Shown here piece after piece: positions 1-8,689 of a DNA stretch of 54,277 nt. Made by a program: the position numbers and the translations under genes. The stretch's first letter is position 1. The number at the start of each line of letters is the position of its first letter. The notes below the pieces were generated by a model that made no database searches, was not told the DNA's origin, and saw only the letters and a list, made by a program, of their open reading frames with translations. The DNA is from a virus. Lineage: Duplodnaviria; Caudoviricetes. The stretch lies in the IMG/VR virus record IMGVR_UViG_3300010373_000058, positions 1-54,277 of that record. The stretch is one strand, 5' to 3'.

Positions 1-16
1 CCATCAAGCTGGACAA
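1..16 (+). repeat. Terminal overlap with window end (CCATCAAGCTGGACAA = 54257-54272); circular or circularly permuted genome
   Basis: 16-nt exact match. The ORF starting at 54118 reads in frame across the join to TGA 72-74. Confidence 0.8.
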
Positions 17-79
17 TCTTCAGGCGTTCAAGGATATGTTCAGCCAGATCGCACCTCTTTTACCCGGAACCTGACCTTT

Positions 80-295
80 ATGTTCAAAACCCTTGCAGCC
101 AATCCCCGGACCTCGCTGGCGGGCCTGTTGATGATGGGCACCGGCATCACCCACATCATCTTCGCCATCTCGAAACACACGGCCACCGAGACGGACATCA
201 GCGCCACGGTCACATCCATCCTGACCGGGCTGGGACTCATGGCCGCCGGTGACGCCGCCAGGCCTGACAAACCCGCAACCCCACCCACGACATGA
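80..295 (+). CDS. Holin-like small membrane protein
   Basis: 71 aa with two hydrophobic segments; ATGA overlap with a downstream lipoprotein gene. Confidence 0.55.
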   Translation: MFKTLAANPRTSLAGLLMMGTGITHIIFAISKHTATETDISATVTSILTGLGLMAAGDAARPDKPATPPTT

Positions 296-663
296 ACTAC
301 ATCAAACTGTTGATTGCGGCTGTTCTCATTGGATTCCTTCCTCTGGCCGAAGGCTGCAAGAGCGCACCGAAGAACGCCTACGTAACGGCCAACACCGCCA
401 GCATCACGGTCGAGGCTGCCATGAAGCTGTGGGACACCTACGTTGCCCAGCAACACCCTTCCGTGGCCACCGAGTTAAAGGTGAAGGCCGCCTATGACGC
501 CTACCGGGCGGCTGACGTGGCCCTGCTCAAGGCAGGCAAGGCGATGCTGGTGGAACAATCCGACGCCAACACAACCTCGTGGAAACAGGCGGAAGCGGTC
601 CTGACCGCATCGGCCAATGACGTGTACAACCTGCTCAAGAGTTTGGGCGTTAAACTACCCTGA
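292..663 (+). CDS. Lipoprotein (possible spanin/lysis accessory)
   Basis: Signal peptide ending LAEGC (lipobox-like); helical body; follows holin-like gene. Confidence 0.55.
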   Translation: MNYIKLLIAAVLIGFLPLAEGCKSAPKNAYVTANTASITVEAAMKLWDTYVAQQHPSVATELKVKAAYDAYRAADVALLKAGKAMLVEQSDANTTSWKQAEAVLTASANDVYNLLKSLGVKLP

Positions 664-666
664 TTT

Positions 667-963
667 ATGGCTCTATCACAAACCACTGCCGACGCCATCG
701 CCGAAGGGCTTGGCACCATCGAACCCTTTGTCGCGCCTCTCAACCCACTGATACCTTTCGTGTTCTCAGTGGTTCAGCAGGGGATACAGGCCGAGCCAAA
801 GCTGGAAGCGGCTCTCAAAGCTCTGTTCGGTCAGACGACCCTCACGCCGGCTGATTTCGACGCGGCCATTGCCCACATCCAGCAGACCACCTACGAATCT
901 CTGGTGCCGCATACGGCCATTCCTCAGCCCATCCCCGGCCCTGTCCCACAACCTCCAGGTTGA
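667..963 (+). CDS. Hypothetical protein (lysis module)
   Basis: Tightly packed ORF, Pro-rich tail. Confidence 0.6.
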   Translation: MALSQTTADAIAEGLGTIEPFVAPLNPLIPFVFSVVQQGIQAEPKLEAALKALFGQTTLTPADFDAAIAHIQQTTYESLVPHTAIPQPIPGPVPQPPG

Positions 964-1175
964 ATCTTATGAAAGACAAACTTGTAATTTTCCCAAAGGA
1001 AATTGCCAGACTCCAGTTCTGTGAAATGGTCGAAACAATCAATGGGGAGATGAAATTGAGAATGCGAAATCATCTCAAGAGGGCTGCTAAAAAGCTTTAC
1101 AATAAGAACTGGCCTGGATTGTTAAAAACCGGTAAAAGAGTTTGATCCCCGGTTGTTACCTGTTTCTGAGCCATC

Positions 1176-1643
1176 ATGGAGAAACCCTCTATGTCATGGT
1201 GGACGAGAACAGGTATTGCCTTTTCTTCAACGTTAAAGGACATCCCCTGGTACTCGAGAATTCGCCCATTCAGATTAGCGTTAAAGTCGCCTCTCAGTTT
1301 GGGTGTTTTCACCCTATGCTGGCTGTCATTGGTGGGATGCAGTTCGACACCAAAATCGGTCCCACAGATTCAACGGCCCGCAGCGGGTGGAGGACCGCCT
1401 CCCATTCCCCCTATAAAACGCGCAGGAACGGCTCAGAGAAGCGTTTTCACACCGACCAGCATAAAGACGCAGTACCTCGTTTTGAGCCTTGGGGAACAGA
1501 CCACGCGAACGGAATTGGGGGTTTCAGCGGTCCCAACGGGATTTACGCCGTTATTGACCCTGCCACCGGGAACCATCATCGTCCATGACTATGACTACAC
1601 GAATACCTCTGCTCGTTTTTATCGGTGTCGCCCTTTGCCTTAG
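1176..1643 (+). CDS. Putative lipoprotein ending in an RFYR motif (start uncertain)
   Basis: LSLVGC lipobox-like segment, Pro-rich linker, C-terminal TNTSARFYR. Confidence 0.45.
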   Translation: MEKPSMSWWTRTGIAFSSTLKDIPWYSRIRPFRLALKSPLSLGVFTLCWLSLVGCSSTPKSVPQIQRPAAGGGPPPIPPIKRAGTAQRSVFTPTSIKTQYLVLSLGEQTTRTELGVSAVPTGFTPLLTLPPGTIIVHDYDYTNTSARFYRCRPLP

Positions 1644-1956
1644 CGCACTGGCGGACAGTGTGTGGGTGGTCTGGCAGGCGGGAGACGCCTCGACCACAGG
1701 CTACCTGGTCACGTACGGGTCGGGAGGAACCAGCAACACGGTGTCGGTGGGCACGAACTCAGTTTCGATCACCAACGGCGTAACAGGTCAGGTTTTCACC
1801 GGACCCGCCGTGAAGCTCACCGGCATCGTGGCCGGTTCGCCCTACGCCTACTTTGTGCGGGCAACGAACGCCGATGGTCTGGTAAGTGTTCCCTCACCTG
1901 TGCTGGTCAAGACTGTGCCGGTGGCACCGCAGGGCACGGCGGTAGTGAGTCCTTGA
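1585..1956 (+). CDS. Secreted fibronectin type III domain protein
   Basis: Signal peptide; W...GY.V.YG...L.G...G..Y.Y.VRATN.DG..S.PS is the FN3 pattern. Confidence 0.7.
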   Translation: MTMTTRIPLLVFIGVALCLSALADSVWVVWQAGDASTTGYLVTYGSGGTSNTVSVGTNSVSITNGVTGQVFTGPAVKLTGIVAGSPYAYFVRATNADGLVSVPSPVLVKTVPVAPQGTAVVSP

Positions 1957-1962
1957 CAAAGT

Positions 1963-2268
1963 TTACGAAGTTGAATCCACCATCATTATTAGTCTTACGA
2001 GCCACTTCATCCCTCTTCTTCGTTTATTCATCCTTCGTTCCTTTGACTTCCTCTTATGTAATCTCTCGTGGCAGGAATTACACAGGGTTTGAATGTCATC
2101 AATCGTACAGTCCGAAATGTGTTTTCTGTAATGCAAGTGATGTCCTCTTAGGTTTTTGGAAGACCCACAAATAGTGCATTGGAAATTGTCTCTACTGAAA
2201 GCTGACTTCCTGAGTTTTCTCCAATGTGAAGATTCGAGGTATTTGTAATATTCTGTTCTTCTGCTCAT
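1963..2268 (-). CDS. HNH endonuclease
   Basis: YL.S.HW...R....RD..C..CG....L..HH..Y......L..LCNSCHERLH. Confidence 0.85.
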   Translation of the reverse strand: MSRRTEYYKYLESSHWRKLRKSAFSRDNFQCTICGSSKNLRGHHLHYRKHISDCTIDDIQTLCNSCHERLHKRKSKERRMNKRRRGMKWLVRLIMMVDSTS

Positions 2269-2319
2269 GCCATCACGTTAGGGGAGAGTTCTGCTCGGAA
2301 TAGGATTCTTGCAGTGATT

Positions 2320-2727
2320 TTATTCACTAAAAGTCCTGAAAAACCGCATCGGTTCTTCTGCTGCCTGAATGTTGGTTGAGACGGTGTTATCCGCCTCTGC
2401 CGGGTCATCAGTCTGCAACAGTGGTTCCCAGTCCACAAGGTTGGTCGAGGTTTCAACAATCCAGGTGGTCGCCAGCCCAACGTTCTGAGTGGCCATAGTT
2501 ATCGAAGTGACCACGAAACTGCCCGGTGGATTGCTCGACAGGATTGACGCCGAAAAGTTGTTGATTTCGTTGGTGAGTTCCTTGAGCCGCGCATTGTTAA
2601 TCTCGTTCACCCTCCGTTGCATCTTGTAAACCATGTAACCACCGACGACAACGACCGTGAGTGTCGCCACGATGATGACCATTGCCAGAGTAAGTGAACC
2701 CCGAGAGGTTGAGAATCGGATTTTCAT
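2320..2727 (-). CDS. Membrane-anchored protein with prepilin-like N-terminus and Verrucomicrobia-type C-terminal motif
   Basis: SRG|SLTL plus hydrophobic helix; WIVETSTNLVDWEPL...MRFFR. Confidence 0.6.
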   Translation of the reverse strand: MKIRFSTSRGSLTLAMVIIVATLTVVVVGGYMVYKMQRRVNEINNARLKELTNEINNFSASILSSNPPGSFVVTSITMATQNVGLATTWIVETSTNLVDWEPLLQTDDPAEADNTVSTNIQAAEEPMRFFRTFSE

Positions 2728-2948
2728 TTACCAGCCTTTCGGTCGAGGACGTGAAAGATTGAGGTGAGCAGCATCCCCGCCAGAAGGCCACTGACAAAGC
2801 TGGCCACGCCCTGACGCGCCATGACTGTTTCAAGCTCGAAACAGAGTATCATTCCCGTGGTGCAGAGCACGGCGATGACCAGCAGCCCGGCTAGGGGCTG
2901 TCGATCAGTCCAGTGATTGAGCCGTTGGAACCAGGTGGTTATTTTCAT
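2724..2948 (-). CDS. Small two-TM membrane protein
   Basis: Two hydrophobic stretches in 74 aa. Confidence 0.6.
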   Translation of the reverse strand: MKITTWFQRLNHWTDRQPLAGLLVIAVLCTTGMILCFELETVMARQGVASFVSGLLAGMLLTSIFHVLDRKAGK

Positions 2949-3053
2949 GTGACCTTTCTCGTTGGTTAAACTCGCCCCCGACCTGCCGGTGAGTATGCCA
3001 TCAGATTGCGAACTGGCGGCAGGTCCGACAAGTCAGGGACGATATACATAAAT

Positions 3054-3223
3054 TGGTGAGCGCGGCAGACAATTTCAGTCTGCACTTTACCAGACGGGCA
3101 GATATGCTTAACTATTCTGGCACGTATTTGTGGAGCTTACTGCGTTCCGCCAGTTGCTTTCGCATTGCTGACCTTCGCATACCACCAATCACTGCCCGCT
3201 GCGTCTTATTCCGCCACGCGCTC
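3054..3223 (-). ncRNA. tRNA-like RNA 1 (170 nt) with enlarged anticodon domain and encoded CCA
   Basis: GAGCGCG/CGCGCTC acceptor stem + A-CCA; D arm TGGCGGAATAAGACGC; T arm GCAGAC-TGAAATT-GTCTGC; central domain closed by GCGGGCAG/CTGCCCGT. Confidence 0.7.
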
Positions 3224-3232
3224 ATAAATCAA

Positions 3233-3381
3233 TTCTGTCGCACCCACCGTTTCCTCACCCGGAGGCTGACCAGTAACCAGGATTGCGATGGTCATTTAAT
3301 GGATCACCCGGCACGACCGGGCATATTTCGACGCAGAGCTCGTTGGGACACTGCACCGGGCTGTTGCCGGGTGCGACAGAA
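3233..3381 (-). ncRNA. Structured non-coding domain upstream of tRNA-like RNA 1
   Basis: Perfect 13-bp terminal inverted repeat TTCTGTCGCACCC/GGGTGCGACAGAA plus internal stems. Confidence 0.5.
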
Positions 3382-3850
3382 AGTAATACCCCGTCCCATC
3401 TCCCCGCGACATGGCCAAATGAAAGAAAAGCCATGCAACGGGCGCACGAAGACAGGACGGGGTAAAATCATTTTTCGTAATTTTTTTCAGGGGGCAAGGT
3501 AAGACAGTCCCATTTCAATTCTGAATCGGGAGCGTAACTTTCCCCGGATGCAGTTCTGACACGAATCATTCCTTCGCAGCTTGGATGGGTGTACAGGAAT
3601 TGGAAATCCGCCGACAAACCGTGCGATGTCCATACCCCGTCTCTGGTAACAGTTGAGTTCATTTGTTAAAAGTTCTCGTACTCCGTAAGGTCTATTTCAT
3701 CTCCGGTTGTAGCATCCCTGGCTTTCACTACATTCCCGATTGCAGTCTCGGTGAACGACACGGTTATCCTTCCTCCAACCGGACCCTGTCCAGTTCTACC
3801 CTTGGACCAGGCAGACAACTGTTCTGTTTGTTCCTCTGTTAGATGGAAAG

Positions 3851-4219
3851 TCATTCGGATGCCTTCCAGTGCGTTATTACCCCGTTCCACATCCCTCCCC
3901 CTGACCAGAATCCACCCGATGCGCTTTTCAATAATTTCGTATGAAATCCAGTCGATGAATTGATTGTGTCGCACACGGTTCCATCCTTCGGGGATTCTTC
4001 ATCAAGAGAAATCCACGGTCGTGGTAGATCGGGAACTTCAACATAGGAAATCTTATTGTGATAACCAGAACCAATTCCGTGGTACGTGTGTCCAGGGTAA
4101 TGCTTGTAATGCCCACGGTCCCAAAACTTCCACCACCTACGGTTTGTACATGACGATAAGTTCAATTCCGATTGGCATTTAGCGCAATAAAATACAGTGG
4201 TTACAACTTGTATCTTCAT
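3851..4219 (-). CDS. Hypothetical phage protein (DUF551-like C-terminus)
   Basis: WISLDEESP...VITHW pattern; CxxC near N-terminus. Confidence 0.55.
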   Translation of the reverse strand: MKIQVVTTVFYCAKCQSELNLSSCTNRRWWKFWDRGHYKHYPGHTYHGIGSGYHNKISYVEVPDLPRPWISLDEESPKDGTVCDTINSSTGFHTKLLKSASGGFWSGGGMWNGVITHWKASE

Positions 4220-4474
4220 TCATCCTCCTTGGTCGTTAGGGCGCTTATGTTTGAGAATCCATTTAGCGATCCCATTCATCGCGCTCTTGGTTCTTGGATC
4301 AATTTTGCGATAGTCGTTTACACCGTCGTCGTAGCCCTCGTCTTTCCTGACTTCTTCGAGCGCAGCACGCCAGATGGTTTTGGCCAGCGCCCTAACCACG
4401 CGCTGCATTGAACCGCCGCTTCGCTTGCGGTTCAGTTTGCGCCGGTCAATTCGGTGAGATGATTTCTTTTTCAT
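4220..4474 (-). CDS. Cassette-borne hypothetical protein
   Basis: Start lies inside attC-like site 4390-4513; cassette ends GTTAGGGCGCT/AGCGCCCTAAC. Confidence 0.6.
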   Translation of the reverse strand: MKKKSSHRIDRRKLNRKRSGGSMQRVVRALAKTIWRAALEEVRKDEGYDDGVNDYRKIDPRTKSAMNGIAKWILKHKRPNDQGG

Positions 4475-4513
4475 AGTTCCTTACAGCGTCGGTCAGTGTG
4501 CTTGTCGTTAGCC
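4390..4513 (+). mobile_element. attC-like site H
   Basis: CCCTAAC-CACGC-GCTGCATTGAACCG...CGGTCAGTGTGC-TTGTC-GTTAGCC. Confidence 0.7.
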
Positions 4514-4755
4514 ACCATTGGCCATGTAGGTTGTTTCGCCGCCCATTCCATGAGCTTCCACACTGCATCGCACCGTATGGATTCAGGTACATCTTCGTGT
4601 TCATGGGCTAGTGATGCCAGCAGGTCGAACCTTGAGTTTGCTATAGCGGGCCCATTCGGATGCGCCACTAGATACCAGCCGTTTTGTTCGTCCAGTATGG
4701 CGATGATTGGGTGGTTTTCTCCGAAAGTGGATAACAGGTCAGATGGATCGCTCAT
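4471..4755 (-). CDS. Cassette-borne hypothetical protein (start taken at MSDPSDLL)
   Basis: Reads into attC H and stops in its loop. Confidence 0.55.
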   Translation of the reverse strand: MSDPSDLLSTFGENHPIIAILDEQNGWYLVAHPNGPAIANSRFDLLASLAHEHEDVPESIRCDAVWKLMEWAAKQPTWPMVANDKHTDRRCKEL

Positions 4756-4917
4756 AGATGTTCTTTCCCGGCCATAGGCCAAAACCTTCGATTCCCGCAA
4801 TAGTAGGTCATGTGTCTGCCGACATGCCCGGCCTTTCGTTCGCACACGCGATATTTTCCTGGGTCGCGTTCATCGCTTCTCATTACCGTTGCCGACAGGC
4901 ATTTGCACGACCCGTCA

Positions 4918-5100
4918 TCAGACCGTGAACGTGACACTGTAACCCCCTTCTTCTCTCGCCTTGGTCTGGAGCTTCACGGGGACATAGGCCGCATAGATTA
5001 AAACGTCATGCCGTTCGTCATTGGTGGCAACCTTGAATGATTTTCGGCGCTCTATGAGCTTCCTGATTTGAGGCTTTGAAAGCGTTCTGCCGTTTTGCAT
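4918..5100 (-). CDS. Small putative DNA-binding protein
   Basis: KSFKV...L.T....GGYSV, similar to divergent neighbour 5200-5466. Confidence 0.5.
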   Translation of the reverse strand: MQNGRTLSKPQIRKLIERRKSFKVATNDERHDVLIYAAYVPVKLQTKAREEGGYSVTFTV

Positions 5101-5106
5101 GGTCGC

Positions 5107-5192
5107 AATTTGCGGCAGATTAACAGGCTTGTCAAAGGAATTTTAATTTTGTTTGAAAAAGTTCTTGCGCGGGGTCGCGGGACTGATAAATT
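5107..5192. promoter_or_regulatory. Divergent sigma70-type promoters, probably leaderless
   Basis: Minus: TTGACA(5135-5130)-17-CAAATT, ATG at 5100. Plus: TTGCGC(5165-70)-16-TAAATT(5187-92) with TG extension, ATG at 5200. Confidence 0.6.
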
Positions 5193-5199
5193 GCAACCC

Positions 5200-5466
5200 A
5201 TGAACCCGACCAACGGAGAAATCAAGATTGAGAAGAAAGTTCCACTGCCATCCAAGGGTGCGTATTCAAATTTGGGTGGTCGGAACAAAGGCAAAGGTAA
5301 GTGGCAAACGATTCTGTCTAAACTTCAAGTTGGAGATTCCTTTTTCGTTGGCAACCGTACTACGTCTCAGTTAAGCAGTTCGATTGCAAAGTCCAAAAAA
5401 CATTTTGATATAATACTGACAATGAGAACCGTCGAGGGCGGCGTGCGGATCTGGCGTGTCAAGTAG
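5200..5466 (+). CDS. Small putative DNA-binding protein
   Basis: IKIEKKVPLP...L.VGDSFFV...RTVEGGVRIWRV, a common small phage family. Confidence 0.7.
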   Translation: MNPTNGEIKIEKKVPLPSKGAYSNLGGRNKGKGKWQTILSKLQVGDSFFVGNRTTSQLSSSIAKSKKHFDIILTMRTVEGGVRIWRVK

Positions 5467-6110
5467 AACGAACATGAAACCGACCAGGGCACAAAGAAGG
5501 AAGCAATTGGACGACCAGCTTTTGAGGGCCGGATTCGAGCTTCAATGTGCCATCCGCGAAATGCGGTCGATACTAATTCAACTGGAAGATAAACAGCAAG
5601 TATGGACCCGTGCGGCAGATGCTCTTCGAGCGGCGCGAGAAGAACTCAAATCTAAGGCTTAATCTGTCAGCAACATGAGCGACGAAAATCAATTTGCATC
5701 AGGAGTAATTAGTATGGCGAGGAATTGTATCTCAGCCGTTCAGCTTATGCGTACAGGTAAATGGGATTTGAATGATGTGGAAAGATGGCTCAATGCCGTA
5801 ATCTCAAACGACTCGAATTATCTCCGGCAAGTTCTAATAGAACTCAAGCAAAGGAAGAAATGAACGACCTTGTAATCAGCGATGCCGCGATAAAGGCCGT
5901 CGAGAAATGTCGCGAGGTTTCATTTCATGTCCCGCTCATGCAGAAAGCCGTGCAACTGGCGATAAACGCGGAAGTGTCCCGAATAGCTGGGCCCGTCAAG
6001 GAGGCTGCTCAAATTGCATGGCTGGCACTGGACAGTCGTAATGAGAAAGAACTGGTTATCGCAAAATCAGTAATAGAAATCTGTCTTGAATATTGGAACT
6101 CGAATTGCAA

Positions 6111-6323
6111 ATGAAAACAACAGACGATGGAGGGCCAGCTTATCCTTGTGAGCACAGAAATAGTCCGGCGATAGAACTGTACCAAGGGATGTCTCTCCGA
6201 GACGCCTTTGCAATGGCGGTATTGCAGGCTTCCCATTGGCCAAGTTTAACCTCCTTTCCGGACATGGTAGCCAAAGAATGTTACCGGATGGCCGACGCCA
6301 TGATTGCCGAAAGAAAGAAATGA
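6111..6323 (+). CDS. Conserved phage hypothetical protein
   Basis: DGGPAYP...GMSLRDAFA...Y.MADAM motif. Confidence 0.75.
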   Translation: MKTTDDGGPAYPCEHRNSPAIELYQGMSLRDAFAMAVLQASHWPSLTSFPDMVAKECYRMADAMIAERKK

Positions 6324-6863
6324 AACAACCCGATTGGGCCGAGCCAATGGGCGAGAGTCAGGTGCATCCGTATGAGCGGGATGGAACCCATCCACGCATC
6401 ATTGACGATTCATCGGGGCGATGTGGACGACGATTCAGCGGACTGGGCTGGTTGAATCAGGGAATGACCGATGATGATGTTGAGGCAGAGAAGAAAGAGA
6501 GCGAGCAATGGTTCAAAGATCATGGCTGCGGAACAACGCCAGAAGAGATTGACCAATGGCTTGAACGAAATGGGTGGAGGAAACCATGAAACAAGATTAC
6601 GCAAAACAGTACCTTCCGCACGTCGACGCATTCGGTGATGGGGAGTTGCAAAGTAAGAGCATGGATGGACGTTGGATTGATTGGCCAGAAGGATTGCGCT
6701 GCGATTTTTCTGACCCTCCGGATTTCTACCGCCGACGACCGAAGAAGATTGAGTGTTGGGCGGTGGTGTCTCCCAATGGTGCTCAATACTTATTTAGTAT
6801 AGAAGACCACGCAAAGCAATGGGCAATCAACAACGGTCGCATCGTCCACTTGAAGGAGGTTGA

Positions 6864-7067
6864 ATGACCGTTTACGACAATCTTCCTTCGCCTCAACTTT
6901 CGCCTGATGCACTGGCCGAGTTTCGTAAGATTGTGAACGGAGACAGCAACATCGACGGTGAAGAGCTTGGCCGCGAGGGATTGGTTTATCGGCTGAGTTG
7001 GACGGAAAACAAATGGTCACTGACAAATTACGGGGTTCATCTGGCCAGGAGAATGACTGATTTATGA
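6864..7067 (+). CDS. Hypothetical protein
   Basis: ATGA-coupled early gene; its stop overlaps the start of tRNA-like RNA 2. Confidence 0.6.
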   Translation: MTVYDNLPSPQLSPDALAEFRKIVNGDSNIDGEELGREGLVYRLSWTENKWSLTNYGVHLARRMTDL

Positions 7068-7220
7068 GCGCGTGGCGAAATGTAAAGACGCTAGGACACG
7101 TAGAGACGGAACGGGACGTGTCAATCCTCCGTGGGGGTTTCTCGCACGGGAGTAACGCAAGGCGAAAGCCGGAAACTCTGGTTGCACCGACTCTTGCAGG
7201 TTCCAATCCTGCCGCGCTCA
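7066..7220 (+). ncRNA. tRNA-like RNA 2 (155 nt) with multibranched central domain
   Basis: GAGCGCG/CGCGCTC + A73; D arm TGGCGAAATGTAAAGACGC; T arm GCAGG-TTCCAAT-CCTGC; internal stems GACACGT/ACGTGTC, CCGTG/CACGG, GGC-GAAA-GCC. Confidence 0.75.
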
Positions 7221-7227
7221 CTGATTT

Positions 7228-7581
7228 ATGAAAGCAATCACCTGCGATGCCATTATCACTGGAATCAGCAGCCGGTCAGATCGCAGCTTGTCTCTACGAT
7301 TGGCTACTCCTGAATTGTCCGCAGAGGAATGCACCGCTTTTCACCAGATCAAGGGATTGAATTTGAAAGCCCTGTTTCAACCTTCTGATTCTGTTCCGCA
7401 GGAACTTGTCACCGTTCACAATGACCTGGATATTAAAACTCCATCTCAACGGCTGCGTTCGGTCATTTATATTCTTTGGAAACAAATCAAGCCGGATGAA
7501 ACCAATTTTGAACTGTTTTACCTCGATCAGATGAACGAGGTAATAGAACGATTTAAGGCCCAACTTGAACCACGGCCTTGA
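7228..7581 (+). CDS. Conserved phage hypothetical protein
   Basis: KTPSQRLRSVIY motif; in early operon. Confidence 0.65.
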   Translation: MKAITCDAIITGISSRSDRSLSLRLATPELSAEECTAFHQIKGLNLKALFQPSDSVPQELVTVHNDLDIKTPSQRLRSVIYILWKQIKPDETNFELFYLDQMNEVIERFKAQLEPRP

Positions 7582-7600
7582 AAGAAAGAACCAAAATACC

Positions 7601-8206
7601 ATGCACTGGAAAGAAAGCGGTCAATACGAAAACCCACCAGCAGGATCACATCTCGCTCGTTGCATTCATGTCATTGACATGGGCACTCAAAAACACACTT
7701 TCGGAGGGGAGGAATGGACAAGCCGGGACGTTAGAATTACCTGGGAATTGCCCACTGAACTAATGGAAGGCAAGTATAACCCGGAAGTAAAAGGTAAACC
7801 ATTCGCAGTCAGCAAAACATTCAAACAGTCGTTGCATAACGCTTCTTCGCTTAGAGGATTTCTTGAAAGCTGGCGCGGACGAAAGTTCACCAAGGAAGAA
7901 TTGTCCAGTTACGATCCTCGCAAGCTGCCAGGCGTTCCTTGCCGCATTACATTGATTGAGAACGGAGATTACATCAACGTGGATGGCATCGCCCCGATAG
8001 GCAGGAATGAGAAGTGTCCGGATCAGGTGAATCCATCTGTTTACTTCTCACTTGAACCTGACCAGTACAACCCCGGAGTCATGGCCGCTCTGACAGATAA
8101 GACAAGGGAAAAGATTCAGAACTCACCGGAGTTTGCTGCATTGATGAGATCAACCGAACCTGCCACAGAAAAGCCAAATGATACGGAAGACGATGTGGCA
8201 TTCTGA
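7601..8206 (+). CDS. Putative ssDNA-binding/replication accessory protein
   Basis: G.H.ARC...ID.GTQ...WEL...L..FLESWRG; acidic C-terminus EDDVAF typical of SSBs. Confidence 0.6.
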   Translation: MHWKESGQYENPPAGSHLARCIHVIDMGTQKHTFGGEEWTSRDVRITWELPTELMEGKYNPEVKGKPFAVSKTFKQSLHNASSLRGFLESWRGRKFTKEELSSYDPRKLPGVPCRITLIENGDYINVDGIAPIGRNEKCPDQVNPSVYFSLEPDQYNPGVMAALTDKTREKIQNSPEFAALMRSTEPATEKPNDTEDDVAF

Positions 8207-8689
8207 ACATGAACGAAACCTGGTACCATTGGATAATCGAATTCGTGCCGGAAGATTCCCACAATCCACGGAAACAAATCACGTTCGTTGGCACGATGGA
8301 AGAGGCTGAAAAGGAATCTGAGAGGAGTATGCCGGACTTCGAGGTTAACGAGGTGGTGTTCCAAAGACGCTGGAGTTACGCTGATTGTTGCGAACGATGC
8401 GGTGAGAGAATCAGGGGAAGGATAATCGTTATCGGTGGATACAGGCTGTGCGGATTGTGTTTCACGGAAAGTATGTTGACAGTCAGTTAAACGCAAAATG
8501 AACGAAACTGATGAGCACTGCAAAGACATCGCATGGGAGATGTTCTGCGCCGCGCACCCGGTAGAAGCGAACCAGCATAATCCAGATGGCTTCTGGAAAT
8601 ACTTTCATGCTCGCGCCCCGAACGTAACCCGAAGTAAAATGGTCGAGATGCTGAAACAGTGCGAAGAACCTCCAGCGAATGATTGAGAT

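Noticed and set aside
3054-7220. Calling the two RNAs canonical tRNAs, tmRNA or group I intron-containing tRNAs
   Set aside because: No 7-nt anticodon loop at the expected position, no G3-U70 pair or tag ORF, and inserts of ~100 nt are too short for a group I core
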